Assembly: GCF_001194135.2 (NCBI RefSeq) | Contig: NC_068991.1 | Coordinates: forward strand, 42,187,969 to 42,243,776 | DNA from: Octopus bimaculoides | Taxonomy: Eukaryota | Direction of reading: 5' to 3' | Length of the DNA stretch: 55,808 nucleotides | In this document: positions 45,896 to 55,808 of the stretch, one piece after another | Position numbering within the stretch: the first letter of the stretch is position 1 | How the letters are laid out: the number at the start of each line of letters is the position of its first letter | The notes under the pieces: generated by a model | The model's database searches: none | The model's input: only the letters and a program-made list of their open reading frames with translations | Told to the model about the DNA's origin: nothing | Position numbers and translations under genes: made by a program

Positions 45896-47210
45896 ACTAG
45901 AGGAGAAGTTTCAGGTGTGGAAGCAAGGTCTAGAATTGAAGGGCCTTAGAGTCAACCTAGCTAAAACCAAAATCCTAATAAGTAGGAAGGTAGATAAAAC
46001 ACAAACCCCTTCAGGTAGATGGCCCTGCTCAGTATGTAGAAAAGGAGTAGGTAGTAACTCTATAAGATGTACCCGGTGCAAGCTATGGACACATAAGAGG
46101 TGCAGCAACATCAAAGGCAGGTTAACTAGCAAGTTAGTTTTTGTTTGTGGCAGATGTTCAGGTGCAATAAAGACTGTNNNNNNNNNNNNNNNNNNNNNNN
46201 NNNNNNNNNNNNNNNNNNNNNNNNNNNNNNNNNNNNNNNNNNNNNNNNNNNNNNNNNNNNNNNNNNNNNNNNNNNNNNNNNNNNNNNNNNNNNNNNNNNN
46301 NNNNNNNNNNNNNNNNNNNNNNNNNNNNNNNNNNNNNNNNNNNNNNNNNNNNNNNNNNNNNNNNNNNNNNNNNNNNNNNNNNNNNNNNNNNNNNNNNNNN
46401 NNNNNNNNNNNNNNNNNNNNNNNNNNNNNNNNNNNNNNNNNNNNNNNNNNNNNNNNNNNNNNNNNNNNNNNNNNNNNNNNNNNNNNNNNNNNNNNNNNNN
46501 NNNNNNNNNNNNNNNNNNNNNNNNNNNNNNNNNNNNNNNNNNNNNNNNNNNNNNNNNNNNNNNNNNNNNNNNNNNNNNNNNNNNNNNNNNNNNNNNNNNN
46601 NNNNNNNNNNNNNNNNNNNNNNNNNNNNNNNNNNNNNNNNNNNNNNNNNNNNNNNNNNNNNNNNNNNNNNNNNNNNNNNNNNNNNNNNNNNNNNNNNNNN
46701 NNNNNNNNNNNNNNNNNNNNNNNNNNNNNNNNNNNNNNNNNNNNNNNNNNNNNNNNNNNNNNNNNNNNNNNNNNNNNNNNNNNNNNNNNNNNNNNNNNNN
46801 NNNNNNNNNNNNNNNNNNNNNNNNNNNNNNNNNNNNNNNNNNNNNNNNNNNNNNNNNNNNNNNNNNNNNNNNNNNNNNNNNNNNNNNNNNNNNNNNNNNN
46901 NNNNNNNNNNNNNNNNNNNNNNNNNNNNNNNNNNNNNNNNNNNNNNNNNNNNNNNNNNNNNNNNNNNNNNNNNNNNNGGCACATAAAAGACACCATTTCG
47001 AGCGTGGCCGTTTTCGTGCGGGTGACACGTAAAAGCACCCACTACACTCTCTGAGTGGTTGGCGTTAGGAAGGGCATCCAGCTGTAGAAACTCTGCCAAA
47101 TCAGACTGGAGCCTGGTGTTGCCATCCGGTTTCACCAGTCCTCAGTCAAATCGTCCAACCCATGCTAGCATGGAAAGCGGACGTTAAACGATGATGATGA
47201 TGATGATGAT
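45892..47210 (+). mobile_element. Young 5'-truncated RTE LINE (gap 46178-46977)
   Basis: Uninterrupted frame GLRVNLAKTK…Cys-rich domain. The 3' end matches the other copies and has a (GAT)n tail. Begins right after (TA)n. Confidence 0.9.
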
Positions 47211-48609
47211 GATATATAGACATATATGTATTGCTGACAATCCTACTATTGCTGGGTAATTTTCATAATAAAATGCCTTGGTAGACTTTCGGAATAGCAC
47301 AACCACATAAGTTGGATGTTCTGTTTTGATGGGGATTTTCAAATTTTTTTCACCACACCCTTACAAATGATAGAGGAAAGCTTGACATGAAAAAAAATTT
47401 TGGGAAATTTATGAATCCCCCTCCCTACCTTCCAGACAGGTATTGTCCAAATTTTTTTACACTATACACTTTAAAATAATTTTTTAAACTCCAACCCCGA
47501 CCACTCAACACTGATTTTTGGCAATATTTTTTTTTTTTTTTGCACTACACACTTAAAGACAATGGGAGATGCCTTGAAGGTTAAAAAAGAAAGATATTTT
47601 GGAAATCAGAGATCACCATTACAATCCCCACTTCCTTTATTTTCAAACAGAAAATGACATGATTTAAAAACAATAGTGAAATTTTAAAAAATTTTTCATT
47701 AATTCCACACACCATCAATTTTAAAATTTTGGCTTTTTACAAATTAAAAAAAAAAAAATTATAATTCCAAAATGCAAACAGTTCAATCTGCAATTTGTTT
47801 CTGTTTAAAATTTCAAAATAATTTTCAGATGAAAAGGTGTGATTTAGCTGTTGTTTCTAGCACATCCCATAAACACCTGGTACCTTCCTTGTTTCTTTGC
47901 CACTCTGACATATATTGATGTTTTTCAATACTGTTCTTCCCTTAAAAACATTGTATGGAATGATGATGTGGTGGTCTATTATTGCTGGGGTTTAAGTAAC
48001 AAAATAAATTTGTAATTTAAATTTTTAATCTCACTGCACATCAAGCAAGTGTGTGTGTGTGTGTGTGTGTATAAGAAAAAAACATTCACTAATAGAAAAG
48101 TATACTATTAAAATAAACTATCTTTTTTTAAAAATTATTGTCACCTAAATGAAATTCCTTACATACATGCATGCATACATACACATACTGACAAACATAT
48201 ACTCAGTGAATGATACCCTTTTGTAGAGAGTGGGAGAGAGCATCATCCCATGTTGACGTTTAAGAATATTAACACATGACCATTTTTCTAGTTTGGGATT
48301 TTTCTCTACAAATTTCCAACAAATTCTTCCCTGTGTTAGTGCATCAAGAACTATACAAAAGAGATTGAAGCTAAAAGACAAATCTCTGGAAAATTGCTAG
48401 AGAATCCATTGTGGTTCTTGATCTTATTTACAGCAGCTCCTTGCATGGCTTGACTTGCTTTCATAATTTGTTCATCAAATCAGACCCAAACTTTCTCAGC
48501 AACATGCAAAAACCTATTTATAGTTAGAAAATCTATTTGAGAATTAAATGTCTTAACCACAATCATAATGCAAGCATAGTGACATTAAATTATATATCAT
48601 TAACGTTTC

Positions 48610-48820
48610 ATGAGTTGGCAGAATCATTAGCACACTAGACACAATGTTTAGCAGCATTTCAACTGTCTTTATGTTCTGAGTTCACATTCTGCTGAGGTCG
48701 GCTATGACTTTCATCCTTTCAGGGTAGATAAAATAAGTACCAGTTGAGCACTGTGGTTAATGTAATCAGCTTACCTACTTCCCCGAAATTGTTGGCCTTG
48801 TGCCAACACTTGAAACCAAT
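48610..48820 (+). mobile_element. SINE family A copy
   Basis: …gagttggcagaatcattagc…ctgagttcacattctgctgaggtcggctatgactttcatcctttcagggtagataaaataagtacc…. Confidence 0.75.
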
Positions 48821-49653
48821 ATTTCATGAGTTTAGAGACTATATATTTACTGCAGGAGTTTTATAAGACTTTTCTAGAAAGAGCAGCTAATTCTATATTC
48901 TTCAGTTCACCAAACTTTGAGCAAATAGATAACAGACCATTTTAAAGGATAGTTACCAGAAGAATACATTCTATCCGAAGAGCTAGCTGGGATCGTGCCA
49001 CCTCTACTCAGACATTCCAAAACTCTTGTCTCCCCTCCTTTCTGTATCCTAACTTTAAGCCTTGCACTAACTGCTATTCCTAATCCTTCCTTGCCAGAAT
49101 GTGACTACACTGGAATTTCCTCCATGTACTTTCCTTTCTTGTAGGCGTTGACTTGCAATAGCTCAAGAGAATCACTAACGACACAATTACACTGGTCTGG
49201 GATGGCCTCCAAAGGCCATAGATACTGCCCCTTCCTACAAACCCAGAAAGAAAAAGAAAGATTTGCTCATTTCATATCACAAAATTCAGACTTGAAGCAC
49301 CAAAAATGAACCCACATGGNNNNNNNNNNNNNNNNNNNNNNNNNNNNNNNNNNNNNNNNNNNNNNNNNNNNNNNNNNNNNNNNNNNNNNNNNNNNNNNNN
49401 NNNNNNNNNNNNNNNNNNNNNNNNNNNNNNNNNNNNNNNNNNNNNNNNNNNNNNNNNNNNNNNNNNNNNNNNNNNNNNNNNNNNNNNNNNNNNNNNNNNN
49501 NNNNNNNNNNNNNNNNNNNNNNNNNNNNNNNNNNNNNNNNNNNNNNNNNNNNNNNNNNNNNNNNNNNNNNNNNNNNNNNNNNNNNNNNNNNNNNNNNNNN
49601 NNNNNNNNNNNNNNNNNNNNNNNNNNNNNNNNNNNNNNNNNNNNNNNNNNNNN

Positions 49654-49711
<58 letters not shown>

Positions 49712-49722
49712 GAGAGAGAGAG
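49654..49722. repeat. (GA)n microsatellite at gap edge
   Basis: Directly visible. Confidence 0.95.
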
Positions 49723-50404
49723 TGTGTGTATGTTGTTTTAGTTTTAGTTATTTGAAGTCATCCTGTAAAGAAGGAGCTGGTTTCTAACAAAGTTACAAAG
49801 CACCATTGTTGGAATGCCAATAACAAAAACATCACATATAGAACTTGAGAAAAGTCTTGCATATTCTTACTGTTCCACTCACAGATTGCATTTGTAATGT
49901 GAGAGTTAGCTGGTTGAGCTCTTTTTCTGAAAATTCTAGCTTTACCAGATTGTCACTTAGGCAATTACTAATAAAACCAAGTATACCAATTATCATTGAT
50001 ATAAATGTGAATTTATAATTTGGATATAGAAACTGAAGGTTTTGAAGCAGTTGTCCATAGTTATCCAGCTTCTTTTTGATTTTAGTGGTGGCAGCAACAA
50101 TTTGTTTATGTTGTATTTGATCTCTTTTGTGGCAGATTTTGGCCAGTTCTCAATATTTTGAGAAAATCAATTAGCATCATGAGCATTGGAATAACAATTG
50201 CTAATCTAATCTGTGATAGCCATATTTTTGGCAAAGGGAAATATATTTTGCCAAAGCTGTTTTGTTGTAATATAGCTGAAGTCTGGGTGAGCTTCATCCC
50301 AGTATTTTTTTTAGCCACTTCATAGAGCTGACAGAAAGGGCATCTTGAGCTGTTTCATAACACTGAAGTAGATCTCTCTGAAATAAGAATTCTTACATCA
50401 TCTT

Positions 50405-50482
50405 AACTAACTTACATTGGTATCACCACTAAGTAACAGGTATGTAAACACACCAACACCAGTTGTCAAGTAGAGACACATG

Positions 50483-50558
<76 letters not shown>

Positions 50559-50732
50559 CCACAGACACACACGCACATGACAGTCTTTTCTCAGTTTCCG
50601 TCAACCAAATCCATTCATAAGGTGTTGGTCGACCAAGACTATAGTAGAAGACACTTGCCAAAAATGTCATGCAGTGGGACTGAACCCAGAACCATGTGGT
50701 TGGGAAGCAAACTTCTTACCACACAGCCATGC
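50405..50732 (-). mobile_element. SINE family B copy with a long (CA)n tract
   Basis: Reverse complement of the family B head and body. Confidence 0.75.
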
Positions 50733-51009
50733 TTGAGCATATTGTTTAGTTTTTTTTTGTATATGAACTTTAAAGAAACGAACATCTTACCTTTGATGGG
50801 TAACTGTCCAGCGAGTTCTGCAAATGCTATATTAAAACAGTCTGAATGTTTTGCACCTGGGTAAAGTAGAAGTACGACAAAGCAAAAGAGTAAGAGTACA
50901 GTGGCAGAGATGTAGCATGTATTTTGAGAATGTAAAACATTTACACTTTAAGGAAGTCCAGGAAATGCAATTTAGCACATGAAGTTTTAAAATGAACAGA
51001 CTGCCGTAA

Positions 51010-51230
51010 CCCTTTAGCATTTAAACAGGCTATATCTGACCCAAATATTCTATCTTGCTCTATGTCGAAAATGGCCAGATTCAGCATCTCACACTTATTC
51101 TGCAATGCCATTCTATAAATAAACAATCACATCTTCAAAACCTTGAAGCAACAAGATAATGCATGATTAGCTCAAAATAATGTGAATAAATGAGTATTAC
51201 ATTTGACAGAAAAATTTAAGCTTGAAAGGG
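51010..51230. mobile_element. piggyBac-type MITE family A, copy 1
   Basis: gtaa|ccctttagcatt … aagcttgaaaggg|ttaa. Reverse-oriented relative to 51422-51637. Confidence 0.7.
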
Positions 51231-51323
51231 TTAATATATCAAGATATATAGCTGGATGGAGAATGAAAAGGGGTGAAGTAAACAGTCAGGTAGATAGATT
51301 GATTGACTGGCAGATAGACTTTA

Positions 51324-51764
51324 CTCTTTTGTTACCATATATTTGTTGAAACACATTGCTTTTGTTTCAATTCATACTAAAAATGATGACAAATTTAGTA
51401 AAATAACTTTGTCATCATTAACCCTTTAGCATTCAGATTACTCTGCCAAATTTAATAATTATTTATTCACATTGTTTTGAATTTATCATGCATTATTTTG
51501 TAGCTTCAAGATTTCAATGATTGTATATTTTTTAGAATGATATTGTAGGATAGGTGTGAGAAGTGGCACCTGGTTGATTTGAACATAAAATAACTAGAAT
51601 ATTTGGGGTAGATATGGCTGGTTTAAATGCTAAAGGGTTCAGCTGGTGCTTGGAACATTAACATGAAATTCTGAAGTAAGTTTTTTTTAATTTGTATCAG
51701 TTTAAAAAAAAAGAGCGTATCATAGAACTAAGAGCAGTCTCATGTGGGTTGATAGTAAGAAGGG
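51324..51764. mobile_element. piggyBac-type MITE family B carrying a nested family A copy (51422-51637)
   Basis: Inner element: TTAA|CCCTTTAGCATT…AATGCTAAAGGG|TTCA. The outer halves join to resemble 15276-15478 and end AGGG|TTAA. Confidence 0.7.
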
Positions 51765-52413
51765 TTAAACATTCTGAGAAATACATATAAAGAAAAGGAT
51801 TGCAGTAACAAAATTTAAGGGAAATAAAGAAAGAAAGAAAGAAAGAAAGAATGATAACACTATTACCTCAATTTTCATGCTTTTATTTCTGCTGTTTCAC
51901 AGTATTCATTTCTCTAGTGTTTCTCTATATTTATACATTGCCTCAAGCAAAGATTTAAAGATTTAAACCTTTTTGTAACTGTACAAGACTTCAAACTTCT
52001 ATTCACTAATACTTTAACAAAAGCTTACAACAATTAGTGATTAGCATTCCTTTATTCTGTCTGGCCTTTGTTACCAGAAGACCAACTGCTACACCCTTCA
52101 GTTGGCTTTCAAACTAGAAGCACATAAATAGCTGAATCATATTGACATGTTCACATACACATATACACACTTGTGTATATACCCATGCATGCATACAGGT
52201 ACATACATACACACATGCAATTGATCAAGTATAGCTACAACATTTCCTGGTGGTAAACTGGCAGATTACATTACAGCATTAAACAGAGAGTCTTGCTGTT
52301 TTGAGTCTGGCTTTCTACACTCTAAGTTCAATTCCTACTGAAGTAAACTTTGTCTTTTATCATCCCAGAGTTGATAAAGTATCAGACAAGTACTGGAGTC
52401 AATCCTCTCTCCC

Positions 52414-52444
<31 letters not shown>

Positions 52445-52731
52445 ACCTCTCTCAGAATTAGCTACATTGCACTGTGAAAACGGTTAAGGAGAAAAACTCT
52501 TGGTATTCTATCTCTCCAGAGATGGAAAGGAGTTCAATGAGAATAAGGACCTCTTCTCATAGAAAAGCTAAAATGTTACAACTATCCCAGGGAAGATCAG
52601 TGTGTAAACACTGCACAGAATGGAAAGAAGTATGTTAAATCAATTATATTTATTTAACATAAGTTGATATAATGTATTAATTTGTATACAAGACTAACTT
52701 TTCCTTATGATAGGCACAGATAGTAGAAAGG

Positions 52732-52784
<53 letters not shown>

Positions 52785-53009
52785 CATCATAATTATTATT
52801 ACTACGTCAAGCTGACAGAATCATAAACACACTGGACAAAACACTTGGTGGCATGTCATTTCATCTTTACATTCTCAGTTCAAATCATTAAGTTTGACAT
52901 TGTTTTCATTCTTTGGAGATAATAAAATAAAGTACCAGTAGAGCATTGGGGTCAAGGTAATCAACTAATCCCTCCCTACTAAAATTTTAGACCTGTGCCG
53001 TTGGCGCAA

Positions 53010-53495
53010 TATTTGCAAGATAAAATAGCAAGATAAGATATCAAATGTCAAAATCTTAGAAAGATGTGATATCTCCAGTATCAAAAGCATGCTGTTGAGA
53101 ATTCAGTGCCAATGGGTAGGACATGTTGCTCGGATGAAAGATAATTACATCTGAAAATTCTTTTGTGAGGTCAACAAGTAGAGGGATACAGTAGTAAAGG
53201 AAGGCCCATCCTTAGATATAAGGGTAAGTTGAAACAATCACTAAAATCTCTACAGTTTAGTTTGACATCTTGGGAAAGTTATTGCCTAGATCAATTTGTA
53301 TGACATAAAATGTGTCATGATGCATCAAAACAATTTCAATTGAAGAAACAGAACATAAAAAGAATTATATCCTACAATCGACAGATACAGTTGCCCAATC
53401 CCAGGAAAAATCAAAACTATCAGTGTCCCCATTGTGACTTCATAGCAAAATCCATTCCTAGACTCAAATTACATTCATGCATCCATCACAAATAG
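53010..53495 (+). mobile_element. Degenerate RTE (BovB-like) ORF2 C-terminus with terminal zinc finger
   Basis: …SNVKILERCDISSIKSMLLRIQCQWVGHVARMK… and …YQCPHCDFIAKSIPRLKLHSCIHHK*, separated by an unrelated insert. Confidence 0.6.
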
Positions 53496-53589
53496 ATGCA
53501 GCTTCTTTTATTTTTAGAGTTCTTTTTTCTTTTTTCTTTTCTTTTTTTTTTTAAATCCTCTCCTCCAAACACTCATATGTCAAAAGTGA

Positions 53590-54428
53590 CTGGAGTGACC
53601 ATCATTACTGATGGCCTAGAATTGAATCTAGGCATCAACAAGAACAGTCTGAGTAGTCTCTTCCAGAGGACCCTCAGGTCGAAGATCATAGACAATTTCC
53701 AAAAGTCTTTGGCTTGGCAGTGCTACAGAGGAGCACTGCCCATTCAAGACAAGTTCTTCAGGCATGGAAGTATCAACAGTCCATGCATTAGAGAGTTGTG
53801 GGATTGGGTGGAGCATCTGCTGCCACGTGTAAGACGAATCCAGCTATCTGCTGAGTGTATAGTGAAGATCGATGCGCCACCTTCCCTTAACAAAGAAAGA
53901 AGGCATGGCTGTGGCAAAAGAGGTTGTGTGGCGGACCTGTCTGAAAGGTTTGACGACAAGCACATTCCTATCTGGCCAAGCCCTCATAAATTTCTTCAAA
54001 TATCATTTGAAGAGGAAGGTGAGGGTAGAGAAGGAGGTGCTGCCTTCTAGTGTGTTATTCAAAACGTGGTTGACAGTGGCAAGACTGGTAAGACTGAATG
54101 GATCTACTCTCAATATGCTTTTCTAAACAGGAGGAAAGAAACTGGAAGAGGGCACTTTCTCATGCCTTGGAGATGGCAGAGTAATCCAGGATTTTTGTGT
54201 GGGGTTTACCCTGGGTTACCCTAAGTGGAATGCCCCACTATTGGGGATTCTATTTATTTATTTCTCTACTTTCTATTATATATCCTCTATTATATCCTTT
54301 AATGTGTTAGTTTCTCCCCTTGATTGATGTTAACCCCATATGTTTTTGCAGCTTTTGTAATTTTTTTTGTGCTGTAACTCATCATTCAATATTGTACTCC
54401 ATGTCTTGGGCCCTTGTGGCCAATAAAA
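53590..54428 (+). mobile_element. Tx1/L1-like LINE 3' fragment
   Basis: DNFQKSLAWQCYRGALPIQDKFFRHG (zf-RVT-like region), followed by a 3' UTR ending gccaataaaagaa. Confidence 0.7.
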
Positions 54429-54518
54429 GAACTCATTATCATTACTATAATAATAATAATAATAATAATAATTATTATTATTAGTAGTAGTAGTAGTGGT
54501 GGTAGTAGTAGTAGTAGT

Positions 54519-54549
<31 letters not shown>

Positions 54550-54775
54550 AAGCTGTAAGCTGGCTGGATCGTTAGCACACAGGACAAAATGCTTAGTGGT
54601 ATTTCATCTGTCTTTACATCCTGAGTTCAAATTCTGCCAAAGTTGACTTTGCCTTTCTTCCTTTTGAGGTCATTAAAATAAGTATCAGTTGAATACTGGT
54701 GTCAATGTAATCACTTAGTCCCCTCCCTGAAAATTTCAAGCCTTTAGTCTATAGTAGAAAGGATTATTATTATTA
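54550..54775 (+). mobile_element. SINE family A copy with (ATT)n tail
   Basis: …agctggctggatcgttagc…ctgagttcaaattctgcc…tagtagaaaggattattatt. Confidence 0.8.
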
Positions 54776-55764
54776 TTATTATTATTTATTTATTTATTTT
54801 TGAATGCATACTTTGAAATATAGCAAAACAGTGTACTATTAAACATGCTTATCATTCAAAACAAAATTCACAAGGCAATGCATAACATACAAACTAGAAC
54901 AGCAAGAAGAGAGTGTAGCAAGTTGCTATCACCTCATTCTACTAAACTTACCATGTGGGTGACAGGGAGAGTGAGAGAAGGAGAATGTTTAAACAGTAGG
55001 TCACCTATTCTTTAAAACTAGGATAATATGAATTCCTTAAGTTATGTTCCACTGATGCTACCATGAGAAAATGACATTAAAGTACTCATGAAGAAGCAGA
55101 AAAGGAGGAACAGGAGGTGGAGAAGAAGTAAGAGGAGGAGGACGAAGATGATAATGATAAAAATACTCATAGCAGTTCATATATTCCCTAGTTCACAAGG
55201 GGTGAGATAAAACTGTGTTACGATGAAGGTTTGCAAATCAAGCCTTAGCAGAAGGATATATAATTTCATATAAATACAGTACGTTAAGGCTTATACATAT
55301 AAATGTGTGTGTGCATGTGTGTGTGTGCATGTGTGTGTGTGCATGTGTGTGTATATGTGTGTGTGTGTGTGTGCGTGTGTATGTGTGTGTGTGTGTGTGT
55401 ATTTGCTGCTTTCGTGGATTCTCATGACTATCTGTCACCAGGAGTGTGTGATTACACAACCATGGATGCCACCCCTATGGATGTATTGCAATTGCTCTCT
55501 TGTTAGGGCTTTCTGATCTTGACCATTTACCTAGGATTCCTCCATTCAGCATTAATGTGAGAACAACTGTTGGCCCATCTGAGCTCTTCTTCCTCTTCAC
55601 AATCCACCCTGCTGCAATCCCACGACTTTGCCATATCCCTGGTAGAGTGGATGAACAGGTGCTATGCCTTGCCAAAGGGCAGCCTGTAACTATGCAGGTC
55701 ATGGTCACTATTCTGTGAGATATTTTCAAAATATCTGCATACCCAAATCAAAATACATGCATGC

Positions 55765-55808
<44 letters not shown>

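Noticed and set aside
55475-55729. GC-richer segment with overlapping 72-84 aa ORFs
   Set aside because: No recognisable domain or convincing exon boundaries. Probably an unidentified retroelement fragment.

Overview
AT-rich, repeat-dense eukaryotic genomic DNA with eight N gaps. The tRNA-derived SINEs and (ATC)n-tailed RTE LINEs resemble families I recognise from octopus assemblies, so a cephalopod origin is inferred. The ORF track misses the one host gene I can support. It is a 4-exon NPC2/ML-domain (Niemann-Pick C2-like) lipid-binding protein gene on the minus strand: CDS join complement(23654..23747, 20608..20715, 13236..13411, 4130..4210). The 152-aa product has a signal peptide and six Cys, all introns are GT-AG, and the intron phases (1,1,0) match human NPC2. 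The rest is transposon-derived: mariner, hAT and IS630/Tc1-like transposase relics, several MITE families, RTE and Tx1/L1-like LINE pieces, a Gypsy relic with one LTR, and Penelope-like elements (PLEs). The most interesting unexplained structures are hammerhead-ribozyme-like motifs in PLE-derived pieces, several long palindromes, an identical 252-bp direct repeat, a CpG-retaining island with splice signals inside NPC2 intron 3, and a possible fifth NPC2 exon. All alignments were done by eye, and repeat boundaries are approximate unless a TSD or TIR is quoted.
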